From the NCBI GenBank assembly GCA_963709405.1, contig CAVPXM010000063.1:1-64000 (forward strand): 64,000 bases of DNA. The letters run 5' to 3'. Each line of letters opens with the position of its first letter. The first letter of the stretch is position 1. A program made the position numbers and the translations under genes. The notes beneath the pieces are model-generated. The model had not been told where the DNA came from and did not search any database. It saw only the letters and a list, made by a program, of their open reading frames with translations. Origin of the DNA: an uncultured Nitrososphaerales archaeon (GTDB lineage: Archaea; Thermoproteota; Nitrososphaeria; Nitrososphaerales; Nitrososphaeraceae). Below, one piece after another: positions 29,035 to 39,715 of this stretch.

Positions 29035-29896
29035 GAATCCTATGAAAAAACTCACAGCTAATGACATATTACTAAAGAAAAGCAATGGTGAGAAAATAAC
29101 AGTTTTAACTGCTTACGATTATCCAATGGCATTTCTTTGCGATAATGCCGGAATCGATATCATTCTAGTTGGAGATAGTGCGGGTATGGTCATGCTAGGT
29201 TATCCATCTACCATACCTGTCCGAATGGAAGAGATGTTATTATTTGTAGGAGCAGTCGCTAGAGCAACAAGACACTCCTTAGTTACGGCAGACATGCCGT
29301 TTGGTTCGTATCAATCGTCAATTAATATGGCATTAGATAACGCAATCAAACTAATCAAAGCAGGTAGTGATGCTGTTAAGCTTGAAGGAGGATCGGAAAT
29401 TTTTAACACGGTCAAGGCATTAGTAGATGCAGGTATCCCAGTTATGGGACACATTGGGTTAAGACCTCAAACCTCTATTCTATGGGAAGGATATCGGACG
29501 CAAGGAACTACAGAAGTTTCTGCACGCAGGATTATCTCTGATGCAAAATCCTTGGAACATGCTGGAGCCTTTAGTATTGTAGTAGAAATGGTCACGAACG
29601 AAGTGACGGAAATAATTTCTAAATCCACTACGGTTCCTATTATCGGAATAGGATCTGGTACCCATTGTGACGGACAGGTTCTCGTCTTGCACGATATTCT
29701 TGGGCTTTATCGACAAATAAAGCCCAGGTTTGTGAAACAATATTTAGACCTATCTGAGCAGATCCACGAAGCCCTTACTAAATACAAGAACGATGTTAGA
29801 TCTGGAGTCTTTCCCGCAGAACAGAATACTTTTCACATGTCAGAAGAGGAATATTCGAAATTGAAGGATGTGTTAAGAAAGGATTTAAATGAATAA
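29012..29896 (+). CDS. panB: 3-methyl-2-oxobutanoate hydroxymethyltransferase
   Basis: LTAYD, LVGDS, DMPFGSY, VKLEGG, GHIGL.PQ and DGQVLV; exact start uncertain (29003/29012/29042). Confidence 0.95.
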   Translation: MNDQNQNKNPMKKLTANDILLKKSNGEKITVLTAYDYPMAFLCDNAGIDIILVGDSAGMVMLGYPSTIPVRMEEMLLFVGAVARATRHSLVTADMPFGSYQSSINMALDNAIKLIKAGSDAVKLEGGSEIFNTVKALVDAGIPVMGHIGLRPQTSILWEGYRTQGTTEVSARRIISDAKSLEHAGAFSIVVEMVTNEVTEIISKSTTVPIIGIGSGTHCDGQVLVLHDILGLYRQIKPRFVKQYLDLSEQIHEALTKYKNDVRSGVFPAEQNTFHMSEEEYSKLKDVLRKDLNE

Positions 29897-31181
29897 AACC
29901 AGAATAAATCAAGATCGGAATGAACATCCATCCAAAGATATAATCGCTAGTCTAGGCAGAGATCTTTTAAATAAGAAAATAGTACTTTGTCTAACTGGAA
30001 GCGTTGCTATATATAAGGGGGTTGATTTGGCACGCCTCCTTATGAGATACGGTGCAGAGGTTTACCCAGTGATGTCAGATACCAGCTCATCTGTTCTAAT
30101 CAATCCAGAACTGATGAAATGGGCTACTGGCAACAGTGTAGTCACTAAGTTGACCGGTAATTTGGAGCATATTTCGTTGGCTGATTATAATACGTCAGAT
30201 CTTGTTATAGTCTATCCTTGTACTGCCAATACGATTGGCAAAATTGCCAACGGGATCGATGATACTTCGGTAACGTCCATCCTATCAGTTGCGGTTGGCT
30301 CGAATATTCCGATAATAATCTGTCCTGCAATGCATCAATCAATGTATCACAATCAAATGATTCTCGCTAACATAACAAAGCTAAAAAGTGTGGGTATTGA
30401 TTTTTTGGAACCAAATATAGATGAAGGGAAGGCCAAGGTGACTGACGCTCAAAAAGTCGTGAATTTCGCCATAAAGAAACTTGAGATTCATTGTCGAAAG
30501 AGTTGGTTCAATGACAAGAATGTCTTGGTCACAGCTGGGGGAACTATAGAATATATTGATCCCGTTAGAGTCATCAGCAACCTAAGCAGTGGTAAAACGG
30601 GCATTTCTATTGCTCGAGAAGCTGAGGCAAGAGGAGCACACGTAACGATAGTTTTTGGCCATGGCTCCTCAAGACCTGAAGGGTTTACCCGCGCAAGAAT
30701 AGTTAAAGCAAATACCTCAGAAGACATGCTAAATGCAGTCAGACATGAATTGTCCAAATCGGAATATGATGTCGGGATCTTTACTGCAGCGGTAAGCGAC
30801 TATACTGTGGATAATAATTCAAAGAGCAAAATAAATAGCGATTCCCCCAATCTTAATTTAAAACTATCTGTTACGAAGAAGATCATTGATGAAATCAGAA
30901 CTTTATCAAAAGGAATGTTTTTAGTGGGATTTAAAGCTGAGTATAACGTACCAAGACCATTCTTGATCGAGAGTGCTTTCAAAAGACTAAAGAAAGCAAG
31001 ATGCGATATCATGGTCGCAAATGACGTAGGCAAGGACTACTCTAAAATAGGATCCGATACAATCGAGGCACATATAATAAATGTCGATAAGAACGTTATT
31101 CATATCCCGATACAAACTAAGCTTAAATTTGCAAAACGACTGTTGGACATTATCGAGACTCAAGTAACCAAACCAAAGTAA
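29889..31181 (+). CDS. coaBC: bifunctional phosphopantothenoylcysteine decarboxylase/synthetase
   Basis: TGSVA.YK, PCTANT, PAMH, TAGGT.E.IDPVR.ISN.SSGK and GFKAE. Confidence 0.95.
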   Translation: MNKTRINQDRNEHPSKDIIASLGRDLLNKKIVLCLTGSVAIYKGVDLARLLMRYGAEVYPVMSDTSSSVLINPELMKWATGNSVVTKLTGNLEHISLADYNTSDLVIVYPCTANTIGKIANGIDDTSVTSILSVAVGSNIPIIICPAMHQSMYHNQMILANITKLKSVGIDFLEPNIDEGKAKVTDAQKVVNFAIKKLEIHCRKSWFNDKNVLVTAGGTIEYIDPVRVISNLSSGKTGISIAREAEARGAHVTIVFGHGSSRPEGFTRARIVKANTSEDMLNAVRHELSKSEYDVGIFTAAVSDYTVDNNSKSKINSDSPNLNLKLSVTKKIIDEIRTLSKGMFLVGFKAEYNVPRPFLIESAFKRLKKARCDIMVANDVGKDYSKIGSDTIEAHIINVDKNVIHIPIQTKLKFAKRLLDIIETQVTKPK

Positions 31182-31265
31182 TTGTTTTTGATAGTAATCC
31201 TTCACTTCCTCGTACCTTAATTTTTTGTTATTTTCATTTTATGCTAGTTACGTTTTATACTAGGA

Positions 31266-32366
31266 TTAGATCTCTATAATCTCCTTAGTAAATGAGGTAA
31301 GGTTTTCGGGAGGCTCACCTTTAGCAATATTTTTTACGACTAAGGTATCTTCTATTCTTACCCCAAACTTATTTTCGAGATATATTCCCGGTTCTACAGT
31401 AACAACCATGTTGTCCTGTATCCTTTCTTCGTCACCAAACCTAATCCAAGGACGCTCATGAACCTCTAGTCCTACTCCATGTCCAGTAGAGTGGATAAAA
31501 TCATCCCCATAGCCAGCTTTTTCTATAACCGTTCTGGATGCCCTGTCGATATTTCCTGATAATTGAGCAGAGCTTAGTGCTTCTATGCCAGCTTGTTGTG
31601 CATTTTTGACTATGTTATAAACCTTTCTGAGTCTTGCGCTTGGCCTTCCTACAAAAAATGTTCTTGTTGCATCTCCAATGTAGCCATTATATCTTATAGT
31701 TAAATCTACAACGATGATATCATTTTTGCTGAATGATCGGTCAGTTACCTCAGCGTGAGGGTATGAACTATTGCGGCCTGAAGCAACAATAATTGGATTG
31801 GTAGACCATCGATAGGATATCAAATTTGCGCCCAACCTCAATGCCTCATATACTAAAATTGCTTGCAAGGTGCTTTCTGATTGAGCTGGTCTCAGTTCCC
31901 GTACGCATATCTCATAAAGTTTGTCAATTATTTCGCAAGCTTTGGCTATCATGTTGATTTCGTGTTTATCTTTTATCATTCTAGCTACAGAAAACGGCTC
32001 AGAATTGATGACAAGGGAGCCTTTGCTCAGATTCTTAAGCAATATTTCTATCACAGAGTAGTCATCACAATCAGAGCATGTTTTTCTTCTACCTATTTCA
32101 CTCAAAACTCTTGTTACTATCGACTTGCCGCGTTCAGAAGAGATTATTTCACATGACTTGGCTGTCTTTTCCGCCCTTCTAGCTTCTAATCTAGGTACAA
32201 TTAGTACAGAGCTGTTCCTTGTGCAGATTGCCACAGACTCCCCCCAAAAACCAGTAAGGTAATAGGCGTTTTCTGGCCTAAAAGCAACTATGGCATCACA
32301 ATGCAACTTAGAAATAAGGTGAAGAATCTTCTCTCGTCGATCAGCCAACATGCCATGTGATGTCAC
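31266..32366 (-). CDS. Xaa-Pro aminopeptidase (M24B)
   Basis: PHA, D..D.TRT, HSTGHGVGLEVHE and EPGIY..GVRIED. Confidence 0.92.
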   Translation of the reverse strand: MTSHGMLADRREKILHLISKLHCDAIVAFRPENAYYLTGFWGESVAICTRNSSVLIVPRLEARRAEKTAKSCEIISSERGKSIVTRVLSEIGRRKTCSDCDDYSVIEILLKNLSKGSLVINSEPFSVARMIKDKHEINMIAKACEIIDKLYEICVRELRPAQSESTLQAILVYEALRLGANLISYRWSTNPIIVASGRNSSYPHAEVTDRSFSKNDIIVVDLTIRYNGYIGDATRTFFVGRPSARLRKVYNIVKNAQQAGIEALSSAQLSGNIDRASRTVIEKAGYGDDFIHSTGHGVGLEVHERPWIRFGDEERIQDNMVVTVEPGIYLENKFGVRIEDTLVVKNIAKGEPPENLTSFTKEIIEI

Positions 32367-32436
32367 ATTAGAGTATTATCACCCTTACTATTCGTGTAAT
32401 TATAAATACGGGACGATCGGTCTTATCGAATAGAAT

Positions 32437-33579
32437 ATGGAATACCTAGTGATGGTGCCTGGTCCAACCAACGTTCCAGAGAGAGTAATGAACGCGATGC
32501 TTACTCCGATTATCAATCATAGAAGCGATGATTTTCGAAATCTGTACAAAACTATAGTATCGAAAACTAAACAAGTCTTCCAAACCGAGAATGATATTGT
32601 CTTGCTGACAGCCTCCGGAACTGGCGCAGTCGAAGCATCAGTGATAAACATGATTAGGAGAGGAGATAAAGTTGTTATACCAGTAAACGGGGAATTTGGA
32701 AATCGTCTGGCAGATTTAATCGATATGTGGGGAGGACAATCAGTTCGAGTCGTGTCACAATTCGGTGAAAATCCGCCTTACGAAGCAATTGAGGAAGCGT
32801 TTGAGAAGAATGACATAAAGGCAGCTTACGCAGTCTATAACGAAACCTCTACCGGGACGACTCTCCGATACATGCAAAAGATTGGAGAATTATGTTCTAA
32901 GAAAGGGGCGTTCTTCATAGCTGATGCCGTTTCCATACTGGGTGGAGATGAATTGCCTGTCGATAAATGGAATATAGATATCTGTGTAACAGCATCACAA
33001 AAGGCCCTGGCGGCTCCACCTGGCGTATCACCGATTTCAATTAGCGACCGGGCGAAAAAGTACATGAAATCGAATCCTCCCCCTACCCAATATTTTAATC
33101 TGCCAAGATACTTTAAATATTTTGAGGAAAATTTTGAAACACCGTTCACGCCATCGTTGCCACTTTATTTCGCTTTCAGTGAAGCACTGGATATCGTGTT
33201 AGAAGAAGGGATGGATAATAGAATTAAAAGGCATGCTATCTGTGCCGACGCCTTTTACAGTAGCTTAGGTATGATCGGATTTAAGCCATTTGCTAAATTA
33301 GATTCTAGGAGTAATGTCGTCATTGCCTTCAACTACTTAGATGGTATGGACGACACAAAATTCAGAACTACACTTTCAAAACAATTTAAGGTGTTGCTAG
33401 CAGGTGGTTTCGGTAAGCTTAAGGGAAAGGTATTTAGAATAGGATGTATGGGTGAAGTAAACAAGTATCATGTCATGCGCACTATTTCCTCTATCGCCTC
33501 AGTGACTAATATGATGAATACCAAGACGACAACCGAACCTTTGAGTCTTGCAGCAGAAAAATTACAAGCTATTCCATAA
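32437..33579 (+). CDS. class V PLP aminotransferase (serine-pyruvate/alanine-glyoxylate type)
   Basis: PGPTNVP, SGTGAVE, NETSTG, DAVS, SQKAL.APPG and FRIG.MG. Confidence 0.92.
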   Translation: MEYLVMVPGPTNVPERVMNAMLTPIINHRSDDFRNLYKTIVSKTKQVFQTENDIVLLTASGTGAVEASVINMIRRGDKVVIPVNGEFGNRLADLIDMWGGQSVRVVSQFGENPPYEAIEEAFEKNDIKAAYAVYNETSTGTTLRYMQKIGELCSKKGAFFIADAVSILGGDELPVDKWNIDICVTASQKALAAPPGVSPISISDRAKKYMKSNPPPTQYFNLPRYFKYFEENFETPFTPSLPLYFAFSEALDIVLEEGMDNRIKRHAICADAFYSSLGMIGFKPFAKLDSRSNVVIAFNYLDGMDDTKFRTTLSKQFKVLLAGGFGKLKGKVFRIGCMGEVNKYHVMRTISSIASVTNMMNTKTTTEPLSLAAEKLQAIP

Positions 33580-33639
33580 AAGAACACGCTTTCTCTTCAT
33601 GCGTCAAACTTAATATATGGTAAATCATTAGCGAATTTT

Positions 33640-34398
33640 ATGACTTTAGAAAAAGGTACTTTAATACTAGTTGATTATACTGCCACAATCAAAGATACTA
33701 ACCAAGTGTTTGAAACTACAAGCGAAGAAGAGGCTAAAAAAAATAATATTTACGATCCAGCTAGACGATACGGATCAAGACTTATATCGGTAGGAGAAGG
33801 ATGGGTATTGAAGGGCGTTGATGAAGCCCTTGCAAATGCAAATTCAGGTGATAAATTGAGTATTACAGTGACCCCAGATAAAGGATTTGGAGAAAGGGAG
33901 CCCAATAAGGTCAGAATGATTGCGCAGCGAAAGTTAGGCGAAAAAGCGGATGAGGTTGGGGTAGGCGACGAAATAGAGTTGGACCAACGTCGAGGAACCG
34001 TGAGATATATTGGTTCAGGAAGAGTTCAAGTAGACTTCAATCACAAATACGCTGGCCGTACTCTTATTTACGAAACTAATATTTTGAAGACAATAGATAG
34101 CATTAATGAAAAGGTTTTTCAGCTTATAAACAGAAGAATTCCAATAAATGAGGAAGTTATTGACACTAAATCCGAGACATCAACGATTGAAGTTAGCCTA
34201 CCAGAAGAGAGTTTCCTATACGAAGGATTACAAGTCATTAAAAGGGCAATCGCAGATGATATATTCAAGTTTGTCAAAGAAATTAAGACGGTTTGCTTTA
34301 TCGAGAAATACCACTCGCCTAACGAACCTGTAGCGACTGGACAAACGTCACAATCCGAGGCAAAAATTATAGAACCCTCAGAAAAGAAGGCTACCTGA
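33640..34398 (+). CDS. long-type FKBP peptidyl-prolyl isomerase (SlyD-like)
   Basis: VFETT, G.GWVLKGVDEAL, P.KGFGER and VDFNH..AG. Confidence 0.9.
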   Translation: MTLEKGTLILVDYTATIKDTNQVFETTSEEEAKKNNIYDPARRYGSRLISVGEGWVLKGVDEALANANSGDKLSITVTPDKGFGEREPNKVRMIAQRKLGEKADEVGVGDEIELDQRRGTVRYIGSGRVQVDFNHKYAGRTLIYETNILKTIDSINEKVFQLINRRIPINEEVIDTKSETSTIEVSLPEESFLYEGLQVIKRAIADDIFKFVKEIKTVCFIEKYHSPNEPVATGQTSQSEAKIIEPSEKKAT

Positions 34399-34493
34399 CA
34401 TATCAGCATATTTTTCTTTATTACCTTCTTACCAAGATTGATGCAGCGTCGCTGTTTGTCCCGGCCGCCCGGAAATTAGACCAGTCCTGAACA

Positions 34494-35570
34494 TCATAAC
34501 ACTGAAACGGATCTGGCCAATTCGCGGGCAGATGATTTGTCTAGTTTAATTTTACTAAGTACCGTATATCTGTCAGGCCTAAGCGACCTTGCTAATATTA
34601 GCGATGAGACTATCTGTTCTTCATTCAATCCGATCTGCTCAGCTCTAGTGGGGGCGCCAACATTTCGTAGGGTATCTACGATCCTCTCCCAATCCAGCCC
34701 GTGAAGTTTTGCCATCATAATCGTACCCAGTCCGACCCTTTCACCATGAAGTCCATAACCATGGCCTGCAACGTATTCTACTGCATGACTAAACAAATGT
34801 TCAGCACCAGAACAGGGCCTACTACTACCTGCGATACAGGATGCAACGCCTGCGCTTATTAGGGCTTCTATGACGGTACGAATTTCACATCGAGTATCCC
34901 CATGTCTGCCGCCAGCAAATTTATCTATTATAATTTTTGCACTCATGAACGCAAGGTTTGCTGCGTAAGCACCGTAGTATTCATTAGTCTCATCTCTTGC
35001 AAGCTCCCAATCCTTCACTGCAGTAACCTTTGCTACGAGGTCGCCGCATCCGCTGGACAGCAGACGCTTTGGTGCTTCCAAAAGAAGCTGAGTGTCTGCT
35101 AAAACAGCCAAAGGGGTGTTCGCCTGAACCGAGAATGGTTTGTCTATTCCCCGAATTGAGACAAACGGGCTAGATATGCCATCATGCGAAGCTGAAGTGG
35201 GTATGCTTACGAAAGGCTTCCCCAGGTCAAATGCAGCCATCTTTGCGACGTCTACGGATCGCCCGCCGCCAAATCCAAGAATAACGTCAGGAACATTGGA
35301 TCTCATGGAGGTTTCTAGGTTTCTCACCGTTAACATTGTAGCATCGTTAACCACATACCACGAATCGGAAAGGGAGCAATTAACGAGCGAAGATTGACAC
35401 AACGATTGAACTCTCGACTTTACGATTCTGCCCGTCACTATCGCAAGCTTTGAGAAATTATTGTTCAAAACCGTCAAAAACGATCCCAAATCTCTAATTA
35501 CATTTGGCCCGATAAGGATCTTCCTAGGAAATTCCATCAAATGCGTTGAACTTGTATTCACACCGGCCAT
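34494..35570 (-). CDS. egsA: sn-glycerol-1-phosphate dehydrogenase
   Basis: GGGRSVDVAK, PTSASHDGISS, GSSRPCSGAEHLFSHA and LHGE.VG. Confidence 0.95.
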   Translation of the reverse strand: MAGVNTSSTHLMEFPRKILIGPNVIRDLGSFLTVLNNNFSKLAIVTGRIVKSRVQSLCQSSLVNCSLSDSWYVVNDATMLTVRNLETSMRSNVPDVILGFGGGRSVDVAKMAAFDLGKPFVSIPTSASHDGISSPFVSIRGIDKPFSVQANTPLAVLADTQLLLEAPKRLLSSGCGDLVAKVTAVKDWELARDETNEYYGAYAANLAFMSAKIIIDKFAGGRHGDTRCEIRTVIEALISAGVASCIAGSSRPCSGAEHLFSHAVEYVAGHGYGLHGERVGLGTIMMAKLHGLDWERIVDTLRNVGAPTRAEQIGLNEEQIVSSLILARSLRPDRYTVLSKIKLDKSSARELARSVSVL

Positions 35571-35705
35571 ATGTCTCTCATATCAGTATAACTTCATACA
35601 GGTTAACAAAAACCAAAATTCAGCAATATGCTTAACTTCCCTAACATGGAATTTTAGTTGGCTCTAGTCGGTAAACCATCTTCTGGTAAGGCATTTGATG
35701 ACGTT

Positions 35706-36041
35706 TCAATTACGGCTCGCCGAAGCATAACCTCTTCCAACCTTTGAAATTCTGATTCTAACCTTGTCACCGACGTTTGTTGCCTCTATGAAGATAACGA
35801 GACCTTCCACCCTTGCTACTCCTGCATCGCCTCGTTTGCTCATTGATTCTATCGTTACATCGAATTCCTCACCAACCAAGACCGGGGCTTGTCTGAATTG
35901 TCTGTGTCCAGAATATGGCTGTCGAATAATTGTACCATTGTGACCCATTCCTTTATCCGGCCTACACTGATCGTAGTTGGTGTCAATCTCGGATTCAGGG
36001 TCCGGTTGCTGTCCTTGTGAATGGGAATCATTAGTCTCCAA
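35706..36041 (-). CDS. single TRAM-domain RNA-binding protein
   Basis: APV..GEEFDVTIE....GDAGVARVEGLVIF...VGDKV.IRI.KV. Confidence 0.85.
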   Translation of the reverse strand: METNDSHSQGQQPDPESEIDTNYDQCRPDKGMGHNGTIIRQPYSGHRQFRQAPVLVGEEFDVTIESMSKRGDAGVARVEGLVIFIEATNVGDKVRIRISKVGRGYASASRN

Positions 36042-36236
36042 ACTCTATCAGTACCATACGATTGTTCTGTACGCTATTTCAACGTAATGTTTAGAACTCG
36101 GATTTAGTTGTGTTTTTTACTCGATGGCTGGTCGTCTTTAACGAAACATCTTTAAATAGCGTTGTGGACACAAAATATGTCGTTAGAGCCTATCTTCAGG
36201 GTTAAGCTCACCATATTAGTAGTGAAATAATAAAAC

Positions 36237-38120
36237 ATGCAAAATAGTTCATCGGGAAACGAGCCTTCAAGCCAGAATATTATGGCTAGCATCCTCAATA
36301 ATATCCCGGCCGATTCAGGTCTTACTAAAATTGTTTATGAAGGACCAAGAATTGCTCTTTATGCCAAAAATACAGAATTCATTATGAAAGACACACAGGT
36401 TATTTCTAACATGGTGAATATACTTAAAAAAAGGATAGTTATACGCACTGATGAGTCTATTAGATTACCAGACAAGGAATCACTGAGGATTTTGCAACAA
36501 GTGATGCCAGCTGACGTTAAAATAAGAGAAGTATTTTTTGATGACGCGTTAGGAGAAGCCTGGGTTTGGGTTCAAAATAAATCCTTTTCATTTGAAACAA
36601 ATGAAAACATAGGTGATTTTCTGAAGAAGACGGGATGGAAGTTGGTATTAATGAGAAGTCCTAATACAATTACAACGATTAAGGAAATAAACGATGTGCT
36701 AAAGAAACGGGTGGAAGAACGTGCTCGATTTTATAAAAGTGTCGGTGAAAAAATATTTAGGTCAAAGTTGAGCAACACAGTTGAGGCGAGTGTAGTCGCT
36801 TTAGGGGGCTTTGGTGAGGTTGGAAGGTCTTGTTTTTTGCTCATTACTGATGAGAGCAAGGTCATATTTGATTGTGGAATCAACCTATATTCTCGAGATA
36901 GAATTAATGCCGTTCCCAGATTTGACACCCTTGGCATCAAAATGAATGATATTGATGCCATCGTAATTAGTCATGCGCATCTGGATCACACTGGATTCCT
37001 TCCTGTGCTTTTTAGGTATGGCTATTCAGGACCAATCTATTGCTCTGATCCTACTGTTCCTCTCATGTTTCTATTGCATAAACGGTATATCGAGGAAGCA
37101 GGGTCAGAAGCACTGTACTCGACTAAGGAGATAGAAGATATGGTTATACACACTATCCCATTGACATTTGGGAGTGTGACAGACATATCACCCGACATAA
37201 AAATAACGCTGGGTAATTCTGGTCATATTATAGGCTCTTCCGTAATCCACGTCCATATTGGGAACGGAGATCATAATCTAGTTTATTCTGGCGACTTGAA
37301 GTTTGGAAAGACGTATTCTCTTGATAACGCAGTTTGGAATTTCCCGAGGGTAGAAACACTGATAATCGAAGGAACGTACGGTGGAAAACAAGACGTATTT
37401 CCACATCGTGATGAAGCAGATACTATTCTAATAGAGAGCATAAATAATACCCTCATACGAGGAGGAAAGGTACTGTTACCTGTTCCCTCAGTAGGACTTC
37501 CACAAGAACTAATACTGACGATCAATCAATATATGACTGCGGGAAAAATTAAAAAGTCAACAATGTTGATTGAGAAAATCATAGCAGAGACGACATGTGT
37601 TTATGAAAGTAACTTGCAATATTTATCAAAGGACTTGCAAGCTGTCCTTATTCAAGGTAACGAAAATCCGTTAAGGCCGGATAATATGAAGATAGTTGAC
37701 TCAGTGGCCTTGGATGATAAGCCTGCCATTATTATGTCTCCATCTTCGATGTTGACCGGCGGACGATCTGTTCATTATTTAAAGCAAATCTGTGATTCCT
37801 CAAAAAATAAGATGATTTTTACTTCCTATCAGATGACTGGGACACTCGGAAGGAGTATTCAAGAAGGGTTCACTCGTCGGTTGGTTGAGGATAAGGAATT
37901 TGATCTCGAATGCGAAATCGAGACAATAAATGGTCTTTCTTCCCATAACGATTATAATCAATCGCTAGCATATATAAGCAGAATGAAGCAAAAGCTCAGA
38001 CGAGTATTGGTTAATCATGGAGAAAAAACAAGAGTTCAAAATTTGGCAAATTCTGTTAGCAAGATTTTCAAGATCCAAACACAACATCCGTTAGTACATG
38101 AATCAGTCAGGCTTATTTGA
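36237..38120 (+). CDS. KH-domain beta-CASP metallo-beta-lactamase ribonuclease (aCPSF1/FttA-like)
   Basis: YEGPRIA KH region, LGGFGEVGRS, SHAHLDH, GHIIGS, SGD, EGTYG and NHGE. Confidence 0.92.
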   Translation: MQNSSSGNEPSSQNIMASILNNIPADSGLTKIVYEGPRIALYAKNTEFIMKDTQVISNMVNILKKRIVIRTDESIRLPDKESLRILQQVMPADVKIREVFFDDALGEAWVWVQNKSFSFETNENIGDFLKKTGWKLVLMRSPNTITTIKEINDVLKKRVEERARFYKSVGEKIFRSKLSNTVEASVVALGGFGEVGRSCFLLITDESKVIFDCGINLYSRDRINAVPRFDTLGIKMNDIDAIVISHAHLDHTGFLPVLFRYGYSGPIYCSDPTVPLMFLLHKRYIEEAGSEALYSTKEIEDMVIHTIPLTFGSVTDISPDIKITLGNSGHIIGSSVIHVHIGNGDHNLVYSGDLKFGKTYSLDNAVWNFPRVETLIIEGTYGGKQDVFPHRDEADTILIESINNTLIRGGKVLLPVPSVGLPQELILTINQYMTAGKIKKSTMLIEKIIAETTCVYESNLQYLSKDLQAVLIQGNENPLRPDNMKIVDSVALDDKPAIIMSPSSMLTGGRSVHYLKQICDSSKNKMIFTSYQMTGTLGRSIQEGFTRRLVEDKEFDLECEIETINGLSSHNDYNQSLAYISRMKQKLRRVLVNHGEKTRVQNLANSVSKIFKIQTQHPLVHESVRLI

Positions 38121-38133
38121 GTCGATGTATTAA

Positions 38134-38152
38134 GAACCTATCCGAAAAGTAG
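38134..38152 (+). repeat. orphan IS5 left inverted-repeat copy
   Basis: TAA-GAACCTATCCGAAAAGTAG, 1 mismatch to the IS left end at 38307. Confidence 0.8.
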
Positions 38153-38157
38153 TTGAG

Positions 38158-38306
38158 GTCGTAATTTAACTAATATAGGATTGAAATGATGACTAGGCGG
38201 TGTACACTCAACCCCGCCTAGATGGTTGTAATTTGATCAATATAGAATTGAAACTTAGCTGCTCCCGGATTCGAGTCACATACTCGCATTGTTGTAATTT
38301 GACTAA
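38158..38306 (+). CRISPR. degenerate orphan CRISPR mini-array: two full 30-bp repeats, one repeat truncated by IS5, and two spacers (37 and 36 bp)
   Basis: R1 38158-38187 GTCGTAATTTAACTAATATAGGATTGAAAT; R2 38225-38254 GTTGTAATTTGATCAATATAGAATTGAAAC; R3 38291-38306 GTTGTAATTTGACTAA, then the IS. The GTT...ATTGAAAN ends are typical of CRISPR repeats. Confidence 0.78.
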
Positions 38307-39263
38307 GAACCCATCCGAAAAGTAGAGTTTTATTGAGTTACAAGCAAAGTGTGTTTGATCGATAAAGCTAAGCTGTACTGCAAGTATCTTCTGAGTTGTT
38401 GTATTGATATCAGAGGTTAGTGGAGTTGATTCATCTTACTGCATACCTGATGTTGTTTGGGACAGGATCATTGCATTGCTATCTCCATCAATACGAAGGA
38501 GGAAGAAAAAGGCTGGTCGTCCAAGAATGGATGACAGGAAGGCTATGAGTGCTATTTTCTACGTCCTACGTACAGGCTGTCAGTGGAATGCTCTACCAAG
38601 AAGTCTTGGTGCTTCAAGTACAGTACATGACAGATTCCAGGAATGGATAAAGGCTGGTGTTTTCAAGCGAATGTGGATCGATGGATTGACCATGTACGAT
38701 AAAAAAACTGGGATCGATTGGAAATGGCAGGCTATGGATGGAGTGATTACAAAAGCACCTCTTGGGGGAAAAAAGCACAGGACCAAATCCCTACCACAGA
38801 CAGAGCTAAATCAGGTACAAAACGCAGTATTCTAGTAGATGGTAAAGGTGTACCACTTGGTGTATCTGTAGATGGAGCTAACAGACATGACATGAAGATG
38901 ACCAAAGCAACACTGCAAAGCATAGTCATCTATAGACCTGAACCAACAATCAGATTAAAGCAGCACATGTGCATTGACAAAGGCTATGCCTTTCCTGAAG
39001 TATACGAATTACTAGAGAAGAGTATGGTTATACAATTCACATCAGATTAAGAGGTGAAGAAATAAGCAACAATAAAGAAGAAGAAGAAGGAATACCAAAA
39101 TACAGAGCTAGACGATGGGTTGTTGAAAGAACCCATTCTTGGATGAACAGGTTTAGACGATTGCTAATAAGATGGGAAAAGAGGATAGAGAACTATGTCG
39201 GAATGCTACATCTTGCTTGTGCTTGGATCACGTATAGAAGAGGTGGACTTTTCGCATAGGCTC
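38307..39263 (+). mobile_element. IS5-family insertion sequence
   Basis: Inverted repeats GAACCCATCCGAAAAGT / ACTTTTCGCATAGGCTC with TAA on both flanks. Transposase 38404-~39260 lies in three frames (GRP..DDR, LRTGCQW..LP, KAPLGGKK slippery site, DKGY, RWVVERT.SW.NRFRRL.IRWEK). Confidence 0.92.
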
Positions 39264-39715
39264 TAAATTAAGATAGATATCTCGAAGTAATTCTCACTTG
39301 GCCTTAGGTTTATACTCAGGATGACGATAATGGTACTAGCAATATGAATTCGTTATTCACGTGCATTCAGGAATTTTATCCCAGATATTCTTGAAGCCAG
39401 TTAGGCGCTAAGGTTTTACTCGAGGGCTAGTAATGACTAAAAGCTCTCCGGCCTATCAGGCTATTGCCGAACTTGAGAAAAAGAGTGTAACTGAGCAGAT
39501 CTCGTAGCATTGTGTTAACTACTTTTGTCATTTCTTATTTGATTCTTGCAGCTAGCACATCATCCATTTTCTCTATATTGTAGGTTGATCGACCGACTTT
39601 AGGAACACAAGAAGGTTTGATAATTCTGTGCCACTACTATAAGATGAAATATATTCCAACTTCTCACGATTAGATAAATCATACTACTTAATACTGAAAA
39701 ATGAACTACTCGACT

